Source: Eledone cirrhosa (taxonomy: Eukaryota). Taken from it: a stretch of 64,000 bases of DNA. The stretch covers positions 27,528,001-27,592,000 of the forward strand of contig OZ024755.1 of NCBI GenBank assembly GCA_964016885.1, read 5' to 3'. Below the pieces are notes generated by a model. That model was not told where the DNA came from and did no database searches. It saw nothing but the letters and a program-made list of their open reading frames with translations. Shown one piece after another: positions 1 through 13,600 of the stretch (within the stretch, counting starts at the first letter, position 1; the number at the start of each line of letters is the position of its first letter). The translations under genes and the position numbers were made by a program.

Positions 1-1729
1 GCTTGCAATTGGGAGGTTGTGAGTTCAATTCTCAGACTGGGTGATGTATTGTGTCCTTGAGTAAGACATTATTTCACGCTGCTCTAGTTTACTCAGCTGT
101 AGAAATAAGTTGCAACATCACTGGTGTCAAGTTGTATCAGCCATTACCTTTCCCTTGGACAACATCGGTAGTGTAGAGAAGTTGCCACTGAGAAAATATT
201 ACTATGAATGTGGTAACAATTATATACCCAGTTACCAAAAGCATATAAATTGGTGGGGTATGTGGTCAGAATGTCTTGGGGGGGGGGGGGGGGGGGGAGA
301 ATCGCTGGACAGATTTTACAGGCAAAACTAACTGGTAGAAGACTCTGAGCTTGGCTGGTCTCACTTGGATCAGAGATGGTTGCTTCTGACAGAAACCACT
401 GGATGGAGTGTTTGAGGACTGCCCCTACACAACCCTTAAAAATAAATGAGCAAAGGTATCTATTTGTAGACTGAATAAAGAGTTAGGATTTGGTTAGTGA
501 TATTTTTTTAATTTGTTAAGTTATACAAGTATAATCAATATGAATCTGCAATAAACAATGCCCATCATGTCAATTGTTTGGTAGAGATATATTATTTATT
601 TTGCTGGCGAGGCCTAGCAGGTAATATGCTTCAATTGCAGTAATTTCATAAGACAGGTTGGTCCATGACCTGCAATCTACTTCAGAGAAATTTCAATACT
701 TTCATTACTATAGTTCAAGATGGTATTTGTTAACATAAAAAGATCCTTAGGAGTAAATTTAAAGAAGAAATCCTTCAAGGTATAGTAGCTTTGGATTCAT
801 CTTGTTTAGTTTACCATGTTTCTCATGAAATAAATTGTACAGTGTATCACTGGCATTCACCGAATCGTCAATATCTTCAGCAATTTTTTTAATGGCTAAT
901 TTTGTTTGTGGCAATATATATTTTTTAACGCTAAATTATTAACAATAATATGCTGTATTTGCCAGCCTATATTTTACGTTGTTTTGACATTTATAGGCAT
1001 TTTTATGCTTCAGTTGCAGTAATTTCATAAGATATAGGTTGGTCCATGACCTAGTCTACTTCAGAGAAATTCCAACTTTCATTACCATATTTCTAATCAA
1101 ATACATTTTGAAGGATTCACTAACTAAATTCAAGATGGTATTTGTCAACATAAAAAGATCCTTACAAGGTAAATTTAAACAAGAAATCCTTAAAATGGGC
1201 AGCTGTTTCAAAACACCAGAACCAATTTTGGACGAGTTGGTATTTAAAGGGTAAAGAATGCACTGCCTTAATTACCAAGGGACAAAAAGAACATTTTCAA
1301 TTTGAGTCTGAATATGCAAGGGCAGTTTAAGTGCTGGATTCACAGGTGAGTGTCTAGATAGAAAAACATAAATAAAATTAATTTATATTACTATATTTAT
1401 GTACTATTTGATATTTTATATTATCTCTGCCTCCACCAGTCCCTCAAACCCCAGCACCCTTCTGGTCTAGATGTACATTACATATATATGTAGTGGCAAA
1501 AAGCACCTAGTCCACACTGAATGTAGTTAACATTAGGAGGGCTATCCAGCCATAGGTTCTGTATGCGAAAGACATGGTCAGATGACCTGAATTCACTGTG
1601 GATAATGGATGTTAGTGATTATATATATACAGAGGTAGAACACTGGAAGGTAATATCCGTAGTGGTGGAGCACTCAGTCCATGGGACGAGTTAGGTAGAA
1701 GTGGTAACACAACAGCTAGTTCACCATAC

Positions 1730-1780
1730 CGAGAACAATTGTTTCACCTGAGCGGATCTTCAGTACGAGCTGAAGATCCA
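1730..1780 (-). ncRNA. Minimal type-I hammerhead ribozyme motif with inverted partial copy
   Basis: Minus strand: CTGAAGA-tccgctcaggt-GAAA-CAATTG-T-T-CTCG, with palindromic stem III ACAATTGT. The adjacent inverted copy (plus, 1766-1780) preserves the matching stem-I arm CGAG-CTGAAGA. Confidence 0.65.
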
Positions 1781-3859
1781 CTAACACAAAAAAACATGTA
1801 CACACCAACTAATACCAGCATGAGCATTATACATTTTAATCCTAAAACTTATTAACTAATCAAATATACTAACAGAACGTTCACACCAACAAATACTACT
1901 ACAGATTCTCCATCCCATTCCTTCCTGTATCACTCCTTGAAATAGCCTAGAATCAAAACCCTCATTTAATTCTTCCTTAGCATGAAACAGAATATATATT
2001 TACATATATCATCATCATCATCATCATTTATCTTCAACGCTAGCATGGGTTAGACGGGAAACTGTCTCGCTCGTACATAACTGCCCCCAGCAGGTTTTCT
2101 ATGGCTAGATGCCCTTCCTAACACCCACATTTATATAAATGACAGCTACATATACAGACAGAGATCAAGTTCATGCTTTATATGGAAAAAAGGGGGGGGG
2201 GGGGCTGTTGTGCTTTAACCCTTCTTCAGTATAAAAATAGACTATAAAATGATTATAAATATGTACATATGCATAGAGAGTAAAGTGCTTTTATCAAAAC
2301 TATATAACCTGCCCTCCCACTTTGAAAGTACACCCGTTACGTATGGTAGCCACACGCCCTTGAAAATAAACCTGTAACTGCAATGATTCCTAGATAGCTC
2401 CTTTTGTGTATACAACTTTTACATGCACGACTCAGTGGAAAGAAAACCACAAAAAAACATGGGCAGAAGTGGCGAGAGCTGACAAATCGAGATGTGCTAA
2501 GAGGATCCATCCCACCTTTGCAAGCAGGGAAAAGCAGACGTAAAATGCTGACTCAAGAGCTACTCACTACCAAACACATACACAAAACAAGTCTGAAGAA
2601 CTGATAGTGTTTCCTTTTCCCTTGCTTGTTTGTCTTCTCCTCCTCCTCTTCCTTTCCTTATTTCTTATCTTTGTGGTGGCCTGGATGAGAAACTGCAGTT
2701 TCTCATATGGTAGAGATATGCTGCTGGTTGCCAACAAAGAAAATGATGGCTTTCAGTTGAAGCTCTTTACTGTAAGTACCATATTTAGAGTTGCAGAAAA
2801 CTAGATCATCCCTTTCCAAGAGCAATATTCTGTTCTGAAATGCCAATCGCAGCTAATTCAAAATTTGTAATGTTAGGTTATGATCCAGGACAATACTGAC
2901 CAAAACCTATCAAAGTATCAACACAGCATTCTCCACAAGCTTTAAAAATACTAAAAATTGGCACATTCCATAAACCCATCAGCATTTAAACCAGATATAT
3001 CCAGCCAGAATTTTCTATCTGCCACTCATTCAAGTTAAGGTATTGCTTTCAAAATAATATCAAAATCTGATGTGAGGTAAAGCCTTTACTGTGAAAATAT
3101 AAAAGTATAGAGTAATCATCATCTTCATTTTACATCCGCTTTTCCCTGCTTGCAAGGGTGGAACGGGAACTGATTCTGGCTTGATTTCTTCAGCTGGATG
3201 CCCTTCCTAACACCAACCTCATTTACAGTGAGTGCTGGGTGCTTTTTTGCCGTGGCACCTCCACGACCACTTTGCAGTGGAATGATAGGGACCCCAATCC
3301 CTATCATCTCATTTCTACAGCTGAGTAAACTGGAGCAATGTGAAATAAAGTGTCTTGCTCAAGGACACAACACATCACCTGGTCTGAGAATTGAACTCAC
3401 AACCTGTCGATTGCAAGGCCAATGCACTAACCACTAAGCCATGTGCGTCCATGTAAAAGCTAAAGGGCTAGGTTGCAACATAGGCCATAATAATGAAGAA
3501 TTCTCAAAGACAACTGTATGGTTACATATTTTTGTCTAACTGCAATCAGTGAAACTTGAACATGAAAATAACACTAACCCTTTAGCATTGAAACTGGCCA
3601 GAATTCTCTCTATTTTTTGCTCAAACCTGGCTGCTTATATTTATGTTAAGATATTGTTCTCAAAATCTTGCAGATCTGATATGTGAATGTGAAAATACAA
3701 TAAATATAAAGCTGTGTAAATGTGAAAGGGTTAAACCAGCCGCTCATATGTTGAGGTAATGTTCAGTAGATTCGATGTAAGTTAAAGCCTTTACTAAATA
3801 CAATAGTATGTATAGATAGATATATAAGATAAAGACAAATTCACCTCATTCAAAAAGGC

Positions 3860-6800
3860 AAGGACTCCTCCTCTTTGTTTCGGCCGCGGATGGCCAACAT
3901 AACCCCAACCCCCGCCCCACCGACCAAACGCAATCCAAAACTTCAGAGTTGGTACCATGAATGTAGGCACCTTAAAAGGTCGAAATGCTTGAACGTAAGG
4001 AGGTTGATGTTAGCTGTATCCAAGTGACGAGGTGGAGGGGTGGGTCTGCCAGATTCATTGTGGGTAAAAAACCATGCTATAAGCTCTTGTGGGTGGGAAA
4101 TGACAATGGGCTGGGTGGGGTAGGAATCATGTTAGCAGAAAAAGGGAAGATAATAGACGTCAATAGAGTGAACGACAGAATAATTAAAATAAAGACTTGT
4201 CCTAAATAGAACTACTGTGACAGATCTGCGTATGCACCCCAATCCGGACTGCCTGGCGTTATAAGAGACAGATTCTATGAGACATTGATGCTCACTACCT
4301 CCCAAATGACAATGACTACATAATTATTGCTGGTGACCTAAATGGTCACGTTGGACAACATTGTGACGGCTATGACGGAATCCATGGAGGCTATGGGTTT
4401 GGTACTAGAAATGAGGAAGGCCCCAGAATCCTGGAATTCTGTGAGGCAAATAACCTAACTATCTGTAACACTAACTTCAAATAACGAGACAATCACTTGA
4501 TCACCTATAGATAAGGGTAACACACCAGTCAGATAGATTATATCCTTACCATCCCCCATGAAGAATGCACCTCAGTCAGGACAAGACGTACTCGACAACA
4601 GAGGAGGATTATCCTCAGGAGAAAAATATGGAAGCTAAAGGACCCCACAGCCAGTAATAAATTTAAAAGCATATTACTCGATGCTTTCGGCAGTAAGGAA
4701 GAGTTGTACAATATAGAGGAAGTGGGAATTCCTGAAAGCTAACCTGCTGAAGGCGGCAGATGAAGTCTGTGGCTGGAGCAGGCCTATAGGCAGGAGGAGG
4801 AGTCAATTAAGGCCAAAAAGCAGGCCTGGAAAGTATGGCAGGATGGGGGAAGTAGAGAAGGCTATCAAGTGGCCAGGAGACAAGTGCACTTCGCAAGAAG
4901 AGAAGCAGAGGAAAGAAAGTTCAAGCATGTTCTACAACGCGAGGTGTTCAGGATTGCTAGGCAATGTGTCAAGGAAAACCGTGATATTGTCGGGGAGAAG
5001 TGTGTCCTTGCCATCACTGACTGACGCTGATAAGAAGGTAGCGTGGAAGCGTCACTACGAAAGGCTACTAAATGAGGAGAATAAATGAGAGATAGAGTTT
5101 GCCCCACATCGATCTAATAGAGAGACCAGCAGTGCTAGTTGAAGGTAATATAAGTAAGGCAATCAAAGATATGAAGACGGGTTGCTGAAATGCTGAAAGC
5201 ATCTGGAACGGTGGGACACACTGGTCACCCGGATAGTAAACCAAGTCATACAAAATGGGGCCGTTCCGAAGGACTGGCGTAGCAGCATGATCATTAACTG
5301 CTACAAGGGTAAAGGAGATGCCCTAGATAGGGGTAACTATAGAGGCATTAAATTAATCAACCAGGTCATGAAGGTCACGGAAAAAGTAATAGCGCAACTA
5401 ATCAGAGAGAGAATTGACCTAGATGAAATGCAGTTCGGGTTTGTGTCAGGCAAAAGTACCACAGACGCTCTTTTCATTGTACGACAACTACAGGAGAAGT
5501 ACCTAGCTAAAGGTAAACCCCTCTACTTAGCTTTTGTGGACTTGGAGAAAGCCTTCGACAGAGTCCCCCACTCCATTATCTGGTGGGCTCTTAGAAAACT
5601 AGGCGTTGACGAATGGCTTGTGAGAGCTATACAAGCCATGTATAAAGAAACAGTCAGCAAGGTTAGAATTAACAACGAATATAGTGAAGAGTTTAGCGTA
5701 AAAGTTGGCGTCCATCAGGGCTCCGTTCTTAGCCCCCTACTATTTATTATTGCCCCTCAAGCTATAACAGAGGAGTTCAAGACCGGCTGGCCATGGGAAC
5801 TCCTATATGCAGATGATCTAACGCTCATAGCTGAACTAGAAGAATTCCAAACATGGAAGCATGGCCTAGAATCAAAAGGCCTTAAAGTTAACTTGTCTAA
5901 GACCAAAGTTCTAGTTTGTAGGAAGGAAAAGAGTAGGCAGAAACTCCATTTTATGTCCCAAATGCAAAGTATGGGTGCATAAAAGATGTAGTGGGATCAC
6001 AGGTAAGCTAACTAAGAATATAGATTGTCTATGTGGCCAGTGCCCAGGTGCAATAAGTAGCAGCAAGTGCCCACAGAATACTAGCTCATTCCATTGCAGA
6101 TTGTTCTATAGAAATAGTGGACAGCTTCCGTTACCTGGGTGACAAAATCAGCAGTGGGGGAGGTTGCTCTGAAAGTACAGTAGCTAGAGTCAGAACTGGA
6201 TGGAAAAAGTTCAGAGAGCTTATACCACTATTAGCCGCTAAAGGGTTCTCCCTAAAAATGAAAGGCAGGTCGTATGATGCCTGCATACGAACAGCAATGT
6301 TACATGGCAGTGAGACCTGGGCATTATGTGCAGAGGATATACGCAGACTGGAGAGGAATGAAGCTTGCATATTAACCCTTTAGTATTCACATTATTTTGT
6401 ATATACTATTATATTTTCATGGTAAAAGCTTTACCTCACATAATATCGAATCTATGAGATTTTGAAAGTATTTATTTTGAGAACAATACCTTAACATAAG
6501 CTTGAGCAACCAGTTACAACAGAAAGAGGTAGAGAATTCTGGCCAGTTTGAACACTAAAGGGTTTAGCTGGATGTGTAATAGTAATATATGTGAACGGCA
6601 AAGCATAAACGAACTGAGGGAGAAATTAGGAATAAGAGGGATCAGATGTTGCTTACTCGAGAGAAGACTACGTTGGTATGGTCATGTGATGCGCATGAAA
6701 GACGACAGCTGTATAAAAAAGTGCAGGGCGATAAAAATAGACGGTAGCCACGGAGTAGGCAGACCCAGAAAAACCTGGGACTTGATAAATTCCGACCTCA

Positions 6801-6890
6801 CACTTACACCTCTCCAAGACAATGTCACTGGACCAAGATCGTTGGCGCTACACAGCAATACAGAAGACCCGCCTTGCCTAAGTAGGCACC
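3860..6890 (+). mobile_element. RTE-clade LINE, near full length, decayed (APE endonuclease + RT)
   Basis: EN start FRVGTMNVGTL, SAYAPQ, AGDLNGHVG; RT YLAFVDLEKAFDRVP, GVHQGSVLSPLLF, LLYADDL; C-terminal RRLRWYGHVMRM..GRPRKTW. Many frameshifts and stops. Interrupted by a MITE at 6376-6562. Confidence 0.93.
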
Positions 6891-7616
6891 TCTAACAAAA
6901 ATACACCCCTGTCCCACAACTCCACCCCCTTCAATGTGAAGTTATGGGTAACACAACATCCAGTCCAAAACAAATGAGGCATAGATGTCACAACAAAAAA
7001 ACAGTCCACACTGTAATGTGGCCATGTAGGTAACACGGTAAAAACCTCCCAGTCCACACTGTAAACGTGGTTGGTGTTAAGAAGGGCATCCAGCTGTAGA
7101 AAACCCGCCAGAGTCCTATACGAGCAGTGGGAAAACTCCCGTCCAAACCCATGCAAGCGTGGAAGATGGACGTTAAACAATGATGATGATGAGAGTATTG
7201 TAAATGCTGACGGCAATACTTGAATCACAACTTAATATAGTAAATTGTTGGAGACAGGCTTCCAATAAGTTGTGCATATATGGCATAGATGAAATTTAGA
7301 CTCAGTAAGACAGATCATATACCTGTGTAGGCTGCTATTTGCAATCTCCAGTCTAATTAGGAATAAAATACACTAATTAGCTTTTACATTTTAAAAGAAA
7401 ACAAAAAAAAGTAAATATTTTGATAATTTAATTTTAATCAAATTAAATTTACATGTGTAAAAATTTATGGCTATGTACAAGTGAAACCGCATCTGTTCAG
7501 AACGGAATTAAAGTGACTTTTCTGCAGTTAGTGGATGAGATTGTTGAATGTATATAACCAAATGATCAGCAGCCATCCAATATCTACAGTGCCACAGCTG
7601 TCTCCTCATTGATCTC

Positions 7617-10600
7617 TTAGTCGCTATCGCTGAAAGTCTTTTTCTTCCCCGTTCCTTTAAAAAGAGAGAGAAAAAAAGGGGGTGAGTTTAGACAATGCCA
7701 GAAGAAAAGTACACAAAGATATTTCAAACTAATCAATAAATGCTGATATTAAAAATGGTTATTTTATTTTACTAACCTCCAAAACTGCTTCTTCCACCAC
7801 CACCATAGCCTCCTCCACCACCACCTCGCCCTCTACCACCACCACGTCCACCACCAAAACCGCCTCGTCCCCTACCACCACCTCGTCCACCATAACCTCC
7901 TCCTCCTCCACGTCCACCATAGCCACCACCACCACCACGACCACCTCCATAACCACCTCCACGTCTTCCACCACCAAAACCTGCAGAAAAAAAAAAACAA
8001 AAAAAAAACAAAAACGAATAAATAAAATTCTTCAAACTAGAAGTTTTAATCTAGGAAAAAAAAAAAAAACTACAGAGTTGTAAATAAATACAAATGTAAA
8101 GTGCCAAAAACAATACCGTACCTCCTCCACTTCTTCCATCACCATCTCCCCTGCTTCTGGCAAAGCAACAGTAAACTGTTCTGCCATCAACGTTAGTGCC
8201 ATCAAATTTGCTTAAAGCAGTTTTTGCGTTAGATACAGATTCAAAATCCACAAATGCAATGCTGAATAAAACAGAGGAAAACAAAGTCTCAAAATAAGAT
8301 ATAAACATCAAATCTGCTAAATCTAACCCATCACCATTTACATTATTCTCTATATACTATTGTATAGGTTTTTTCTTACATAATTATCTCAATATCGAAT
8401 CGAATCTGATAAAACATTTGAAAAAAAAACAAAAAACAAATCCAGTTATTCTTTTATGAGGGAACAAAATTTTTCTGAAATGTCTACAGAGGAATAGTTG
8501 AAAGTGTTTACACTTTATAAGTTTCTTTTCACTTATAAGGCTTCTAATTAAGAAAATTAAGAGTTATATATTTTGAGAACAATACTTTAAAGTTGGTATG
8601 AGCAGCTAGGTACAGCCGATTTAAACAGAAAGTGAGAGAATCCTAGCCAGATATGGCCAGTTTAAATGAATCCTGAACAATGAAAAATAATATAACATTC
8701 TACATACCCTTTTGGTTTTCCTGAATCTGCAAATATTGGCAATCGGATATCAGTGGCATCTTTGAAATATGATCGCAAAGAATCCTCAGTTGAGTCATAT
8801 GATAGATTTCTCACTAACAGCACATTTGATTCTTCTGGATCTTCAGTTAAAAGAAAGACCAAAGAAAATAGTATCAATATACAAAAAAAAAAAACTAGTA
8901 TTTTAATATACATATAAAAGTAGTATTTTTAACTCTAAACATCTATATATATACTATTATATTTTCACAGTAATGACTTTATCTCATATTGATTGAGATT
9001 TACTTTGAGAAAAATCACCTTAACATAGGTGGCCAGTTACAGGCAGTTTGAACAGAAAGAGGTGAGAGAATGCTAAAGGGGTTAATTTGAAAAAGAAAAA
9101 AAATTATTACCATCTCTATTATCATTTCTGAATCCTCTTTTTTGTGAAAAATCTGATTTAGCACCACCACCACCACCCCCTGCATAATCCAAAAACAATT
9201 TTCTGTCACCGCATTCTACTCCTTGTTTGTTATCAACAGCATCTTTTACACTGTCAGCACTTTCAAACTCAACATAGGCAAAGCTGAAAAAATATAAAAG
9301 TAAAACTCAGTGAAATTTCAACCTTTTGAGCAACACACTAACAAAGTCCAGCAATTGATACATAAGTTTATAAGTCTTCAGTAATCTTTCTTACCCTTTA
9401 TGTGAATCTCCTTTAGAAGGAATTCTGACATTTTGTGCCTCAGGAAATATCTCCATCAGTTTGCTCCTAACAGTATCTTCAGAATCGTCGAAGGACAAAT
9501 TCTTCACAAATAGGGATTTTGAATCATCTGAAAAAATACCAAAGTTTATGAACTTAAATTTCCAATTCTGTGCAATTAAAAGAACAAAAACAAAAATAAT
9601 CTTCAAGACAAAATTAACATACCATTACTTCTCTCTGTTTTTTCTGGTTTATTTGCTCCAAAGGGCCTTCCCTTCTCAAATGTTAATGTAGATCCTTTGA
9701 AGTCAATACTCATTGCCAAAACTGAGTCAAGATCATCTGGATTGGCTAAATCAATGTGTGCAAACCTACAAAAGAAGGTAATACAAATGATGAGAATGTG
9801 GTAACCCAGCTCTGGTTGTGTTAAAACCCAATTAAAAGAAAATTACATATTTAACCCCTAACAGCAAAAAAGGGCCCAGCCCACACTGTAGGGTTGTGTA
9901 GGTCACGACAAAAAGCACTAAGTACTCACTGTAAATGAGGTTGGCACTAGGAAGGGCATCCAAATGTAGAAACCAAGTCCAAATCAGTTCTGTATCATCA
10001 CGGAACAGTGATGATAACAATATTTACTATTGCATAGTCACAGTAAAGGCTTTCTCATAATATCAAATCTACAAGATTTTGATATTTATCTTTGAGAACC
10101 TTAACGCTAATGAGCAGCCAGTTACAGCAGGTTTGAACAGAAAGATGGGAAAATTCTGGTCAGATATGGCTGGTTTAAATTATAATTACCCCCAACAATC
10201 TATGCAATTAGTAATAAAATAATTAGAGATTTGAATTACATTTTATCATCACGCTTGCGTACAGCTGCATATTCAATTCCTTTCTTCTTTAAGAATTTCT
10301 CAAACTTGTCATTTGTGACATCCAAAGGAATATTTCTGCATAAAACTGTTACAGGCTCTGAAAGATTAGAAAATATAACAAATAGTAAGTTTTATTTAAA
10401 AAAAAAAAAAAGCTGATGGAGCATATTGGCAATTTAGGTGACTAACTCATATGAATGTTGGGTTTGAACATAACATACATTAACTTTATTCTATGTATTA
10501 AATTAAACATTTTTAGCTTGAATTAAATATTTCTAAATTATTACAGAAAGTTACACACGTACCGTCAACTTTAGCTTTTTTGGAATCATTACCAGAATCC

Positions 10601-13600
10601 ACTTCTGCTTTACGCTTCTTGGCATCTTTTGAAGCTGTAAAAGAGATAGATGCAACACATTTAAGATTATATTTAAAAGTTTCAGCCTAGTGTCTTACAA
10701 TTATAAAAACTATAAATATGTAATAAGAAAAGATAAATTTACCCATCTAACATCAAATGAAGACTATAAAAATAAACAATTGAAATTACTTACCATCTCC
10801 TTTTCCATTGACCTTTGGCTCCTCATCAGATTCTAAAACAAAGACAAAAAAAAGAAAAAGATGTTTTAATAAACTATCAGAAAATAGTGAAATTAATTAT
10901 TTAGACAAACTCCACTGGCCTCCCATCATGACCTGAAGAAGGAACCCCGCAAGGTGAGGTGGCTGTTGCTGGCCATTGTCCTTGGCTGTGTCTGCAGCCA
11001 AAAGGCTGCCCTGCCCTATAGCCCAAGAGTCCTTACCCCCCCCCCCCCCCCCGGCATTTATAGTCTATTTCTTCTACTTCCACACAGCCAAATCTGCCCT
11101 TCCCTTTCTTACTTACTTAATTACAAATGGTTTTTTTAAAACCATTTGTAATTAAACCCAACTTTGGGAGGGAAATATATATTGAGAATAAACATTTTGT
11201 ATACCTTCACTAGAGTCTTCCTCGCTAGAATCCTCCTCCTCCTCCTCCTCTTCTTCTTCAGAATCATCTGACTCAGCTTCAGCAGCCTTTTTCTTAGCTT
11301 CTTTTCCTTAAAAATAGAAAAAACAAAAAAAAATTATAATTCCTATAAAAAACAAAAACTTCATATAGAAACCAAGCCCAAATCAGTTCCATGTGAGCGA
11401 ATTCACGGTCCCCCGACCTGATCCCCCATGCTAGCGTGGAAGATGGACATTGACAATCATGGCACTAGGTTCAATAGCTAACTTCTGTAGCTTACATATA
11501 TAAAAACCTCACACCTGTAATTTGTGAAATACGTTACCAACTACAATCTTATTTTTTCATACCCTTACTCTCAAGCTTTCCACCTCATGACTGGAGTGTC
11601 ATGACCACCCAGCAGAATTACCTATATATATATATAATTGTGGAACAAAGCTTATCAAATAGAATGGACAGTTTCAGACCAAACTATTAAAATTCAAACT
11701 GCTTAGATTGTCCACTTAAACACACACCATGCAAGCATTGAAAAAAAGAGGTTAAACAGTGATATATATATATATATATAGGAACAAGTAAGACCCCGAC
11801 GGCTGAGCTCAAGCCGTTTCGACGGCTAATTCTGTACTGAATTAGCCGTCGGGGTCTTACTTGTTCCTATTACCCACTCTACTACCCTAAGTATTGAGTA
11901 CTTTGGTGCGTTATGGTCCACCTGGTTCCTTACCACATTTCCTTTGTTATATATATATATATAAAATGAAACAGAAGCAGCTAAAGAGACATCATGAAAG
12001 TAAGAAAATGACTTACCATCTGCTTTTGCTTTGGCCTTTGGTTTGGGGGCTTCCTCAGATTCTGAAGCAAAGAAAATACTTTTTAGTTTATTCTATCATA
12101 AAATGCTTGGCATTCAACAGTGAACTAATTATAAAGAAATACTACACATGACACCTTAAATAATAAGTGTAGAAGCCAACCATTTGAATTAAATTTTATA
12201 TATGGAAACTAGGATGCTCCCACTAATGTGCAAATACATTAGCTGTAAAGTCATACAAACAAAGGGGTCATTATCATTATCACTAATAGCATTTCTGCAT
12301 TAAAAGCATAGAGCAATCATACAGTATTATTTCATCAAAAAATCAGTAAATGGCTAAAAAGATTTTACCTTCACTTGAATCTTCTTCGCTAGACTCCTCC
12401 TCCTCCTCCTCCTCAGAATCATCTGGCTCAGCAGCTGCGGCAGCAGCAGCCTTTTTAGCTGCTGGTTTCTTCACCTCTACCACTTCCTCTTCTTCCTCAC
12501 TGCTTTCCTCTTCTTCACTGTCGCTAGATTCTTCTTTTTTGGCTGTGTACAATGGAAAAAAAGTATTTCATAAAAACAAAGCAATATATTTTACCAATAT
12601 AGAAATACACCAGAAAATTAACATTAGTCACAGGTATGGCTGCAAAATTAAGAATCTTGTTTCACAACCAAGATCCAGGCTTAGGCTAATGCTCTTGAAT
12701 CCCACCAGGAATTGTTTGGAAGTGTGTTCATTTCTGATGTAAAATTCCCAGCAAATGTTTAACCCTTTAGCATTTAAACCAGTCACTGAAGGTATTGTTC
12801 TCAACATATCAAGATCTCAGATTTGATAATTATAGGAAGTAAAGCCTTTACCATGAAAATATGATATTATATATAGAGTAATGTAAATGCTAAAGGTTAA
12901 AGAAAGCGTGTAACACTACAATGGAACAAACTGCAGAACTAATATGTACCTTTCAAATATAAGCAGACCCTTGAGAAATAAAAAAACCAAACCCCATTTA
13001 TAAACTGAAGCAGGTAATCAACATTGTTTATTTGTGGTTTTGAAATTCTCATGAAGTTTTAATATTTTGATATTTAAAATGTCCTTTAAGTGTCAAATAG
13101 AATATAGTTTTCATTTCACAACTCCATTATGTAATTTTACCAAATCTTTTGGTCATATTTCTTGGCTTATATATGAGTATATATGCTAAGTTAGCTATCC
13201 TCATGATACACACCAAGTAATTAGTTACAAATATTAAATTGAGCCTTACCAGCTTTGGCTTGCTTTGCCTGCTTCTTTACTTTTGGAGTAACCGGAGCTT
13301 CCTAAAAATAAACATATTGGTTTTAATAATTAGTCTATCAACACGTTCTATCAATAAATTTCAATTTAATATATACATTTTTCGTTATTTTCTGATTAGA
13401 AAATGTAAAGCTTCTCTTCTTAACCTGCCACTTCACTCAGCTTAGAATAAGAATAAAAACAAGAACTTACCACTTCCATTTCTTCTGACTCTGAAGAGCC
13501 CTCTGAAGATTCTTCAGGTTCTACAGGCTTGGCGGGCTTGGCCGACTTCTTGGTAGCCTAATTTAGATTTAGAAATAAAACCAGTAATTGAAATTAATAA

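Noticed and set aside
3198-3437. Recurrent 79-aa ORF MPFLTPTSFTV... (also 27731, 36056, 56425)
   Set aside because: Antisense reading of a SINE, not a gene family.
10990-11012. 11-nt match to the U2 snRNA 5' region (GCCTTTTGGCT)
   Set aside because: It is identical rather than antisense on the transcribed strand, lies in a short local hairpin in repeat-like sequence, and has no scaRNA boxes.
12350-12742. Ser/Ala-rich 130-aa plus-strand ORF (and the Val-rich ORF at 7759-7977)
   Set aside because: Antisense or alternative-frame shadows of low-complexity nucleolin exons.
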